From Candidatus Binatia bacterium (GTDB lineage Bacteria > Desulfobacterota > Binatia > UBA9968 > CAXXLF01), in contig CAXXLF010000002.1 in assembly GCA_963664015.2 (NCBI GenBank), forward strand, positions 704,001 through 768,000: DNA of 64,000 bases, written 5' to 3'. This document shows, in pieces, positions 40,695 through 49,566 of this stretch (the first letter of the stretch is position 1; each line of letters starts with the position of its first letter). A program made the translations under genes and the position numbers. A model generated the notes under the pieces. It saw only the letters and a list, made by a program, of their open reading frames with translations, was not told the DNA's origin and did no database searches.

Positions 40695-41507
40695 ATGGCT
40701 AAGGCAAAAGAAGGATTCGTTCAGGCTGGTGAATACCGGACACGTTACTGGGAGGCCGGTGAAGGCGAACCTGTAATAATGATTCATTCGGCGGATCCCG
40801 GCACAGGAGGCGGTCTCGAATTCCGGCACACGATCGAGCCGCTAAGCGAGCATTTCAAAGTGTACGCGGTGGACATAATCGGTTTCGGCAAGACCGATCC
40901 TCCGAAGGCGCTCCTGAAGCACCCCGCCTACGTCAAGCACATGTTCGATTTCATGGACGCCGTGGGAATAAAAAAGGCCCATATTGTCGGAAATTGTCGG
41001 GGCGGTCTGATTGCCATCACCCTGGGATATGAACATCCCGAAAGAGTGAACCGCATCATCCTGATCGGGAATGCGGGCGGAGGCATTCCGCCGGAACTGG
41101 AAGAGAAGGCCCTGGCTCCCTACGCCAACTACCAGCCGACGAAAGAGAACCTGGAGGCCATGCTCTCCAAGAGCTACTTCGCCATGGATCAATCGGTACC
41201 ACCGGGCGTGTTCGAAGAGTATCTGCAGTGCAGCGCACGACAGTACGAAGCTTATGCAAAGCTCGGCGGTTATCCCATGGACGTACCTAACTGTAGGCCG
41301 CAACTGGCCGAGCTCAAGGTTCCAGTGCTCTTCGTCGTCGGGCGCGAAAGCAAGGTCCTTCCCATCGAGCAGGCATTGAAAGGTTACAACCTGACGCCGG
41401 GAAGCCGATTTTACTCTATGTCCAGTTGCGGACTCCACCCCCAAACCGAGTACCCGGACGAGTTCAACAAGATCGCCCTCCAATACCTCAAAGGGGATCT
41501 GTTCTAA
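40695..41507 (+). CDS. Alpha/beta hydrolase (BphD/MhpC-like fold) with Cys at the nucleophile elbow
   Basis: 270 aa; TRYWEAGEGEPV, AVDIIGFGKTD, HIVGNCRGG, SCGLHPQTEYPDEFN. Confidence 0.88.
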   Translation: MAKAKEGFVQAGEYRTRYWEAGEGEPVIMIHSADPGTGGGLEFRHTIEPLSEHFKVYAVDIIGFGKTDPPKALLKHPAYVKHMFDFMDAVGIKKAHIVGNCRGGLIAITLGYEHPERVNRIILIGNAGGGIPPELEEKALAPYANYQPTKENLEAMLSKSYFAMDQSVPPGVFEEYLQCSARQYEAYAKLGGYPMDVPNCRPQLAELKVPVLFVVGRESKVLPIEQALKGYNLTPGSRFYSMSSCGLHPQTEYPDEFNKIALQYLKGDLF

Positions 41508-41513
41508 CAGTCC

Positions 41514-42398
41514 ATGAAACCAGCGCCCTTCCACTACATTGCGCCCAGCAGCTTGGACGAGGCGCTGACACTGCTCGGGAAATACAACGGCCAGGCCAAG
41601 GTTCTAGCGGGGGGCCAAAGCCTTGTTCCGTTGATGAATTTTCGCCTCCTTCGCCCGGGTTACCTCCTCGACATCAACGGATTGAAAGAGCTGTCTGGGA
41701 TCCAGCTAGCCGATGGGAAACTGACCCTGGGCTCTCTCACGCGGCAGAGCGAAGTCGAGCACTCGGCAGAGGTGGAGCGGCAACTACCAATCCTGACCGA
41801 GGCGATCCGCCTTGTCGCTCACCCTGCCATCCGTAACCGCGGGACCGTCGGCGGGAGCCTGGTGCACGCTGATCCCGCCGCCGAGCTCCCGGTCGTCGCG
41901 GTGGCCCTGGACGCCGAGCTGGAACTGAAGAGCAAAAACGGGATCCGTTCGGTGCCCATCCCAGAGTTTTTCCTTGGCTACCTTGCCACCAGTATTGGCC
42001 TCGATGAAATATTGGTGAAGACTTCAATGGCCCTTCCCCCTGCGGGGACCGGGTGGTCTTTTTCCGAGTACGCTCGCCGCCACGGGGATTTTGCCATCGT
42101 CGCCGTAGCTGTCCTTCTCACTCTGGACCCGGAGGGAAAGATCGTCTTTGTTCGAATTGCACTGGGCGGTGTCGGTCCGGCTCCCATGCGCGCTTGCGCC
42201 GCTGAGAAGCTTCTCATGGGAAAAGCACCATCGGATGCCCTCTTCCGCGAAACGGCGGCTGCAGCAGTGACCGAGACCGACCCGGAAAACGATATCCATG
42301 CCTCGGCCTCCTACCGACGCCAGCTTTCGGCAGTCTATGTTCGCCGCGCACTGGAGACCGCCCATTCTCGTACTCAAAGGGGAAAAACAAGTGCCTGA
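41514..42398 (+). CDS. Mo-hydroxylase FAD-binding medium subunit #2
   Basis: 294 aa; MKPAPFHY, AGGQSLVPLMNFRL, IRNRGTVGGS, RRHGDFA. Confidence 0.92.
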   Translation: MKPAPFHYIAPSSLDEALTLLGKYNGQAKVLAGGQSLVPLMNFRLLRPGYLLDINGLKELSGIQLADGKLTLGSLTRQSEVEHSAEVERQLPILTEAIRLVAHPAIRNRGTVGGSLVHADPAAELPVVAVALDAELELKSKNGIRSVPIPEFFLGYLATSIGLDEILVKTSMALPPAGTGWSFSEYARRHGDFAIVAVAVLLTLDPEGKIVFVRIALGGVGPAPMRACAAEKLLMGKAPSDALFRETAAAAVTETDPENDIHASASYRRQLSAVYVRRALETAHSRTQRGKTSA

Positions 42399-42885
42399 AA
42401 AAATCTCCATTACTCTGACCCTCAATGGGAAACCGGTAGCGGCAGACGTCGAGCCGCGAGTCTCCCTGGTCGACTTTCTCAGATACCACGTGGGTCTCAC
42501 CGGAACCCATGTGGGGTGCGAACATGGAGTCTGCGGCGCCTGTACGGTCCTTCTTGATGGCGAGACCGTTCGCTCCTGCCTCCTCTTTGCGGTTCAAGTC
42601 AACGGCATGGACGTCCAGACCATAGAGAGCCTGGCAACTGAGGACGGCCTCCATCCCCTTCAGCAGGCTTTTCAGAAACACCACGCATTGCAGTGCGGGT
42701 TTTGCACTCCGGGCATGCTACTCGCTGCCAAGGAATTGTTAGAGCGAAATCCCTCTCCCAACGAGGATGAGATTCGCGCCGGAATCTCGGGCAATCTCTG
42801 CATGTGTACAGGCTATGTCAATATCGTGCGAGCCGTCCAGGCCGTGGCACAATCGGGGTCCTCGCAAGTAGGAAAATCGTCATGA
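42391..42885 (+). CDS. Mo-hydroxylase 2Fe-2S small subunit #2
   Basis: GTG start at 42391; GCEHGVCGACTV, LQCGFCTPG, NLCMCTGY. Confidence 0.92.
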   Translation: MPEKISITLTLNGKPVAADVEPRVSLVDFLRYHVGLTGTHVGCEHGVCGACTVLLDGETVRSCLLFAVQVNGMDVQTIESLATEDGLHPLQQAFQKHHALQCGFCTPGMLLAAKELLERNPSPNEDEIRAGISGNLCMCTGYVNIVRAVQAVAQSGSSQVGKSS

Positions 42886-45299
42886 AGGCTACGGGCGACA
42901 AGTGGGTCGGGCAGGCAGTCCCACGCACAGAAGACCCCGCCTTACTGGTCAGCCGGGGACAGTTTATCGACGATCTGAACCTGCCAGGACAGGCCTATGC
43001 CGCTTTCCTGCGAAGCCCCCATGCCCATGCAAAGATAACCCGTGTAGATGTGAGCCGCGCCCAGGCCCATCCCAGCGTCTTCACAGTGATGACTGGTGAT
43101 GATGTGGCTCGCTTGACTCGACCACAACGCGGTCGCGTCCCCCTCCAATACTCACCTAAGGTCTACGCTCTGGCCTATGAAAAGGTGCATTATGTGGGTG
43201 AACCTGTGGTGGCCGTTGTTGCTATAGACCGGGCCACGGCCGAGGACGTGCTCGAACTCATCGAGGTTGAATACGAACCGTTGCCAGCAGTTATCAATCC
43301 GGAAAAGGCCATAGAACCCGGGGCACCCACCGTGTTTGAGGAGGTCAAATCCAACACCCTCTGGCACGACACCTTTCCGTACGGCGACATCGAGGGAGCC
43401 TTTGCTCAAGCCGATCAGGTAATTCAGGAACGGTTCACCATCCACCGTTATTGTTCCACAGCCTTGGAAACCTTCGGAGCCATTGCCCAATTCGAGCCTG
43501 CTACAGGGGCGTTAACCATTTGGGGCCATACGCAGCAACCCAGTCAGGACCGCCAAGCCGTTGCCGCATCCTTAGGAATCCCTCTGAGTAAGATCCGATT
43601 CATTGTCCCGCCCATGGGCGGCGCCTTCGGCAATAAGGTCCGTCCAATGTTTCTGATCATCCTCGCCCTACTAGCACGGGAAGCCAAACGGCCGGTCAAG
43701 TGGATCGAAGATCGTCGTGAAAACCTACTCGCCCTCGGACACTCGGCCGATGGCATCATGGACGTTACAGCGGCCGTCAAGTCCGACGGGAGCATCCTGG
43801 GCATGAAGTTTCGCAACATAGAAAACGAAGGCGCGGGTATCGATTTCGCGGGACGACACAACCTCCTTATGCTCAGCAATATCGTCAACTGCTACCGTAT
43901 AGCCGCCGTTTCCTACGAAGGATACTCGGTCCTGACCAACTGTTGCCCCGTGGTCGCCAATCGTGGAATTGGAAAACCCTTTATGTGCTTTTCCGTGGAG
44001 CGGATGGTCGATGTAATTGCCGCCACCCTGAAAATGGACCGTATCGAGATTCGGAAGCGCAACCTGATACAACCAGACCAGTTCCCTTACGATACTCCCT
44101 CAGGCCAGACCTACGACAGCGGTGATTACCCTGAGCTGCTTCGCAAAGCGTTGGCACTGATCGACTACAAGGAACTGATGCAAGAACAGGCAAAGGCACG
44201 GAAGGAAGGTCGTCTGTTGGGCTTTGGCCTCGCCATGGGTGTAGAACCTGGAGGGTCCAATCTCAGCTACGGTATGCTGATTAGCGGTCCCACCCAGTTG
44301 CTCAGCGGCCAGGGTGAGGCGGCAAGGATCCGAATCGAAACCGATGGTACGGCTACCCTGTACATTGGAAGTCTCGAAGCCGGACAAGGTCACGCCACTT
44401 CACTGGCACAGATCGTCGCTGACGAGCTTGCCCTGGAGGTTGATCAAATAAATGTCCCAACCACCTTCGACACCGCAAGTCACCCGTCTGTCATGACTAC
44501 GGGCAATTATTCGAACAAATTCAACGGACATGACACCGCAGCTGCCATCGGCGCCGCCAAGAAGGTACGGGAGAAACTCCTGAATAGGGCCGCACAGCAC
44601 CTGGAGGCAGCGGTCCAAGACCTGGAGCTCCGTGACGGAAAGATCTCGGTGCGCGGGACACCGGGTAAAGGAGTAACCGTCGCCCAATTGGCCAGTCGTG
44701 CATACTGGAGCCTGGCAGACAATCAACCCGACGACGAGCCGGGCCTCGAAGCACTTTATTACTATCAGAACCCCATGGCCAAGAAACCCGACGAACAGAA
44801 CAGAGTCCGCGTTCAGCTTGGCTTCGCCGGTGCGGCCCACGTAGCTGTCGTAGAGGTTGACCCGGAGACCTTCGAGATCAAGCTCAAACGATACGGTGTG
44901 GTCCACGACTGCGGGCGCCAGATCAACCCCGCCATCGTCGAAGGCCAGGTCCACGGGGCTTCCGTCCACGGAATCGCTGCTGCCCTCTTGGAAGAATTCG
45001 TATACGACGAGAGCGGGCAGCTTATGACGACAAGCTTCATGGACTACCTAAAACCCACCGCTGCCGACATACCAACAATTTTGGGAGATCACCTCGAGAC
45101 ACCTTCCCCCTTTACTCCGCTAGGCACGAAAGGGGTCGGGGAAGGCGGAGCCGTTATAGCCCCAGGTGCTATTGCCAGCGCCGTGGAGGACGCCCTGGTG
45201 CCTCTAGGAATTCGCATTACCACTCTTCCGATTACACCGACCCGTTTGTGGGACGTTGTCTCGAGCAAAGGGACTCGATACGGTCCCAAAGCAGAGTAG
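42882..45299 (+). CDS. Mo-hydroxylase large subunit (CoxL-like) #4
   Basis: ATGA overlap with the small subunit; PRTEDP, GGAFGNK, VANRGIG, YDSGDY, HDCGRQINP, GTKGVGEGG. Confidence 0.92.
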   Translation: MKATGDKWVGQAVPRTEDPALLVSRGQFIDDLNLPGQAYAAFLRSPHAHAKITRVDVSRAQAHPSVFTVMTGDDVARLTRPQRGRVPLQYSPKVYALAYEKVHYVGEPVVAVVAIDRATAEDVLELIEVEYEPLPAVINPEKAIEPGAPTVFEEVKSNTLWHDTFPYGDIEGAFAQADQVIQERFTIHRYCSTALETFGAIAQFEPATGALTIWGHTQQPSQDRQAVAASLGIPLSKIRFIVPPMGGAFGNKVRPMFLIILALLAREAKRPVKWIEDRRENLLALGHSADGIMDVTAAVKSDGSILGMKFRNIENEGAGIDFAGRHNLLMLSNIVNCYRIAAVSYEGYSVLTNCCPVVANRGIGKPFMCFSVERMVDVIAATLKMDRIEIRKRNLIQPDQFPYDTPSGQTYDSGDYPELLRKALALIDYKELMQEQAKARKEGRLLGFGLAMGVEPGGSNLSYGMLISGPTQLLSGQGEAARIRIETDGTATLYIGSLEAGQGHATSLAQIVADELALEVDQINVPTTFDTASHPSVMTTGNYSNKFNGHDTAAAIGAAKKVREKLLNRAAQHLEAAVQDLELRDGKISVRGTPGKGVTVAQLASRAYWSLADNQPDDEPGLEALYYYQNPMAKKPDEQNRVRVQLGFAGAAHVAVVEVDPETFEIKLKRYGVVHDCGRQINPAIVEGQVHGASVHGIAAALLEEFVYDESGQLMTTSFMDYLKPTAADIPTILGDHLETPSPFTPLGTKGVGEGGAVIAPGAIASAVEDALVPLGIRITTLPITPTRLWDVVSSKGTRYGPKAE

Positions 45300-45374
45300 C
45301 TAAATGCCCAATGGGGATTTTCTGAATCCCCGGCGGTATCGAAACGATACCAAGCAGAAAGGGGGAGATAGAAT

Positions 45375-46838
45375 ATGGCCAAGCTAGAGTCTACAGGTGT
45401 CCAACCCACAAGTGGGACCTTCGGTTCCGATTTACACTCGTTCATTGAGAAGTACGAGCGCGAGTTTCCCAACGAGGTGCTCCACATTGAAAAGCCACTC
45501 AAAGCCGAGTGGGAAATCACCGCCCTTGCCATGCAACTGGAGAAAGACCACCGATTTCCCATTCTCATCTGTCACAACGTCACGGTCAACGGCCAGAAGT
45601 GCGAGATGCCCCTGGTAACCTTCCTAATGGCCAGCCGACTGCGCCTGGCCCGAGCCCTGGGCGCAGACATCCGGAACGCCGGGCTTGTCTGTTATGACCG
45701 CGTACAGAAACGGACGAAACCAGTAACCGTGCTACGCCAACAAGCCCCGGTCAAAGAGGTCGTGGAAAAGGGAGAGGATATAGACTTGCGTCGTTTACCC
45801 GCTCCCCTCCACCATCGCATGGATCCCGGACGTTACATCACTGAAGGATTTTTTCTTGCTTACAATCGCAACACCGGCTTAGACAACTCTGCTATGCAGC
45901 GAGGATGGTTGGCAGGAAAAGATGAAATTCGGGTGTTTCTAGGACCCAGCACCCACAATCGTCACAACCTACGGGAGTACGAGGAGGCAGGAGAGGACAT
46001 GCCTGCGGCCTATTGGGTCGGGCATCATCCGCTGGTTCTCTTAGGTGCACAGGCCCGTGTGGGGCTCGATGAAAGCCATTATGACACTGCCGGCGGCACT
46101 ATGGGCAGTCCGATACGACTGGTCCCGTCCGAGTCCCTGGGAGAGAAGTTTCTTGTCCCTGCCGACGCTGAAGTGGTTATCGAAGGCTATATTCCCAAGG
46201 GACAACGCAAACCCGAAGGGCCCTTTGGCGAATACACGCGCCACGTGGGACCGCAACGCTGGGGACCGATATTGAAGGTAACTGCAATCACACATCGTCG
46301 CGACGCCTATTGGGACGACGTGATGGTGGGTCACACCCATTGGATCAGCAGCATGATCAAAGAGGGAATGATCTTCCGCGCCGTGCAGCGGGTCGTGCCC
46401 GGGGTCAAGGCAGTCCACTCACCCATGTCCGGCACAGGTGTTTCGCACAGCTATATCCAGATCCATAAGACCGTGGAGGGACAGGGCAAGGTCGCGGCCG
46501 CCGCTGCGCTCAGCTCTTCCTTTGACCACAAGCATTCCTTCATCTTCGATGAGGACGTGGATATCTTCGACGAGAGAGAAGTATTTCTCGCCCTCGCGAC
46601 CCGATTTCAGGCCGATCGCGGCCTGATGTTGCTCCCCGGCATTACCGGGTCACCGCTGGACCCAAGCTCGTTCGATGGATCGACGACCTGTAAAGCCGGC
46701 TTCGACTGTACAAAGCCACTGGGAAAACCGTTCGCCGAGCGGCTTGGCATTCCGGACGATGTGCTCAAGAGTTTTGATCCTTTAGAAATCGTCAATCCGA
46801 CACGGTGGGATAAAATCCCGTTTGAACCCTGGGGATAG
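45375..46838 (+). CDS. UbiD-family decarboxylase #5
   Basis: 487 aa; DLHSFI, NSAMQR, EVVIEG, EGPFGEYT, DEDVDIFD, ALATRFQAD, GFDCTKP. Confidence 0.92.
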   Translation: MAKLESTGVQPTSGTFGSDLHSFIEKYEREFPNEVLHIEKPLKAEWEITALAMQLEKDHRFPILICHNVTVNGQKCEMPLVTFLMASRLRLARALGADIRNAGLVCYDRVQKRTKPVTVLRQQAPVKEVVEKGEDIDLRRLPAPLHHRMDPGRYITEGFFLAYNRNTGLDNSAMQRGWLAGKDEIRVFLGPSTHNRHNLREYEEAGEDMPAAYWVGHHPLVLLGAQARVGLDESHYDTAGGTMGSPIRLVPSESLGEKFLVPADAEVVIEGYIPKGQRKPEGPFGEYTRHVGPQRWGPILKVTAITHRRDAYWDDVMVGHTHWISSMIKEGMIFRAVQRVVPGVKAVHSPMSGTGVSHSYIQIHKTVEGQGKVAAAAALSSSFDHKHSFIFDEDVDIFDEREVFLALATRFQADRGLMLLPGITGSPLDPSSFDGSTTCKAGFDCTKPLGKPFAERLGIPDDVLKSFDPLEIVNPTRWDKIPFEPWG

Positions 46839-46850
46839 GAACAATCGCTG

Positions 46851-47996
46851 ATGCAAGGCACCATGAAAGCCGCCCGTCTCCATGGCTTTGAAAGTTCTCA
46901 CGGTAACGTTCAGGTTATTCATGTAGACCAGGTACCGATCCCCAACATAGGCCCCGGGGAGGTCTTGATTCGCGTCCTGCGATCGGGACTGAGCCATGGC
47001 GACCTTCATATGCGCGCGGACGCCGTGCAGTACGCACCTGAGATCAAGACGGTGCCGTTCCTCCCCATGACAATGGGCCACGACGGCATGGGAGAGGTCG
47101 CGGAGATAGGCCCAGAGGTAACCAATGTAAAGATAGGTGACCGGGCGGTGGTCATGTGCTCGATCACCTGCGGCTTTTGCCGCTTCTGCCGCTCCGACCG
47201 GCAGCACCTGTGCCTCTCCCATCGAGTCATGGGCTTTACCTCCAAGTGGGGGGAGAAGGGGCCCGAACGCCTGTTGCGCTACAAGGATGGGATGTGGGCC
47301 GAGTACTGTCGCGTACCGGCAACCAACCTGGTTCCCCTCCAATCGGGAGACGATTTCAACGAGATGTGCAAGGTCTCCCAAATGGCGGTAGGGTACCGAG
47401 CACTGAAGCGGGCGCGGTTCCGTAGCGGAGAAACCGTGATCATCAACGGGGCTTCCGGCATTACGGGGGTAGGAACGACCCTGTGCGCCCTGGCCATGGG
47501 TACAGTCCGAATTATTGCCGTTGCACGGAACCCCGTACCGCTGGAGCGAGTTAAGGCCATCGCCCCGAAGCGTATTACGACCGTCGCCCTGGCACGAGGT
47601 GAAAGCATCGCTGAGAAGGTCAAAGAAGCAACGGGAGGCGAGGGAGCCAATGTGCTCGTGGACTTGGCCCCGGCGGGCATTGAAACTGTGGTCGATTGTA
47701 TTCGAAATCTCGAGGGAGGTGGCCGGGTTTCATTGGTCGGTGCCAACCCGGAGCCTCTTAATCTTTCGCTGCGCTATCTGATGATGCGATCCATCGAATT
47801 TACCAGTGTGACGGGACGGTACTACACGGATTTTCCGGAACTCCTCGACTTGGTCCGGCAAGGTGTCATCGATACGCGACACGTCACCACCCGCTTCTTC
47901 CCGGTGGAGGAGATCAACACGGCACTGGATTACATCACAACGCGCGGGGATAACGACCCAATCTGGCCCATGTACGCACCGGTCGGGAGCGATTGA
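46851..47996 (+). CDS. MDR-family oxidoreductase #2
   Basis: 381 aa; GLSHGD, GHDGMGEV, CGFCRFCRSDRQHLC, INGASGITGVG. Confidence 0.88.
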   Translation: MQGTMKAARLHGFESSHGNVQVIHVDQVPIPNIGPGEVLIRVLRSGLSHGDLHMRADAVQYAPEIKTVPFLPMTMGHDGMGEVAEIGPEVTNVKIGDRAVVMCSITCGFCRFCRSDRQHLCLSHRVMGFTSKWGEKGPERLLRYKDGMWAEYCRVPATNLVPLQSGDDFNEMCKVSQMAVGYRALKRARFRSGETVIINGASGITGVGTTLCALAMGTVRIIAVARNPVPLERVKAIAPKRITTVALARGESIAEKVKEATGGEGANVLVDLAPAGIETVVDCIRNLEGGGRVSLVGANPEPLNLSLRYLMMRSIEFTSVTGRYYTDFPELLDLVRQGVIDTRHVTTRFFPVEEINTALDYITTRGDNDPIWPMYAPVGSD

Positions 47997-48069
47997 ACAA
48001 TGATTGTATCCACCGATGAATAGCAATATGATTCCAAGGATCGGTTAAGCAGAAATAAGGAGGAACAAA

Positions 48070-49533
48070 ATGGCAAAACCTGAGCAAGCCAAAGTCCAGT
48101 CCACAACAGGTCCCTTTGGCTCGGATCTCCACTCTTTCATAGAACAGTACGAAAAGCAGTATCCTGATGAGGTACTCCATATCGAGAAACCTCTCAAGGC
48201 CGAATGGGAAATCACCGCCCTGGCCATGCAGCTGGAAAAAGACCACCGTTTTCCCATCCTGATCTGTCACAATGTCACGGTCAACGGCCAGAAGTGCGAT
48301 ATGCCACTGGTAACTTTCCTAATGGCTAGCCGGCTCCGCCTGGCGCGGGCCCTGGGCGTGGACGTCCAGAAGGCTGGGATTGCATGCTACGAGCGGGTAC
48401 AAGAAAAGTTAAAACCCGTCGTCGTCTCCGCCAAAGAAGCCCCCGTCAAAGAAGTCGTGGAAAAAGGTGGCGACGTCGACATACGTCGACTACCCGCACC
48501 CCTCCATCACCGGATGGATCCGGGCCGCTACATCACCGAGGGCTTTGTTCTCACCTTTAACCGCAATACCGGCTTGGACAACTCGGCAATGCAAAGGGGA
48601 TGGTTAGCGGGAAAAGACGAAATCCGAATCTGGATGGGACCCAGCACCCACAACCGGCACAACCTGCGCGAGTACGAGGAGGCGGGAGAAGACATGCCCG
48701 TGGCCTTCTGGGTCGGCCACCACCCGCTGGTCCTCTTGGGTGCTGAAAATCATGTGGGTCCCGATGAAAGCCACTATGAGACCGCGGGAGGAACCATGGG
48801 CGCTCCCCTCCGGCTGGTCCCGTCCGAATCCCTGGGAGAGAAATTCCTGGTTCCCGCAAACGCGGAAATCGTCATCGAGGGGTATGTCCCCAAAGGCCAG
48901 CGCAAGCCCGAAGGACCCTTCGGCGAGTATACCCGCCACGTTGGACCCCAGCGGTGGTGTCCATATATGAAGGTGACGGCGGTCACGCACCGCAAGAACC
49001 CTTATTGGGATGACAACATGGTGGGACATACCCACTGGATCAGCAGCCTGACCAAAGAAGGCGTCGCCTTCAGTGCTATCCAGAGAGTGGTACCGGGAGT
49101 CAAAGCCGTGCACGCCCCCATGTCTGGGACAGGGGTCAATCATATTTACATCCAGATTCGGAAGACCGTAGAGGGACAGGGCAAAGTGGCCGCGACGGCC
49201 GCTCTGACCGCTTTTTTCGGACTCAAGCATGCCTTCGTTTTTGACGAGGACGTCGACATCTTCGACGAGCGGGAAATCTTCCTCGCGTTGGCGACACGCT
49301 TCCAGGCCGACACCGGTCTATTGGCACTCCCGGGCATGACCGGATCGCCGCTGGACCCCAGCTCCCCCGATGGGCACATCGCATGCAAGGCCGGTTTCGA
49401 CTGTACCAAACCGCTGGGAAAACCCTTCGCCGAACGGCTCGGTATCCCGGACGATGTGCGCAAGGCGTTCGATCCATTAGAAGTCATCAACCCGGCACGT
49501 TGGGACAAGATCCCCTTTGAGCCCTGGGGATAA
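48070..49533 (+). CDS. UbiD-family decarboxylase #6 (close duplicate of #5)
   Basis: 487 aa; co-linear with #5 with long identical stretches and the identical C-terminus WDKIPFEPWG. Confidence 0.92.
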   Translation: MAKPEQAKVQSTTGPFGSDLHSFIEQYEKQYPDEVLHIEKPLKAEWEITALAMQLEKDHRFPILICHNVTVNGQKCDMPLVTFLMASRLRLARALGVDVQKAGIACYERVQEKLKPVVVSAKEAPVKEVVEKGGDVDIRRLPAPLHHRMDPGRYITEGFVLTFNRNTGLDNSAMQRGWLAGKDEIRIWMGPSTHNRHNLREYEEAGEDMPVAFWVGHHPLVLLGAENHVGPDESHYETAGGTMGAPLRLVPSESLGEKFLVPANAEIVIEGYVPKGQRKPEGPFGEYTRHVGPQRWCPYMKVTAVTHRKNPYWDDNMVGHTHWISSLTKEGVAFSAIQRVVPGVKAVHAPMSGTGVNHIYIQIRKTVEGQGKVAATAALTAFFGLKHAFVFDEDVDIFDEREIFLALATRFQADTGLLALPGMTGSPLDPSSPDGHIACKAGFDCTKPLGKPFAERLGIPDDVRKAFDPLEVINPARWDKIPFEPWG

Positions 49534-49566
49534 ATCAAGAAAAAGCAATCGCAAAGAGTCACACCG

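Noticed and set aside
28992-45299. Aerobic CO dehydrogenase (coxMSL) for CO oxidation
   Set aside because: No large subunit has AYxCSFR (form I) or AYRGAGR (form II), and coxDEF are absent.
330-49533. Ubiquinone/menaquinone biosynthesis ubiD
   Set aside because: No ubiA, ubiX, ubiE or mqn neighbours; multiple divergent copies in a catabolic context, so no gene symbol was assigned.
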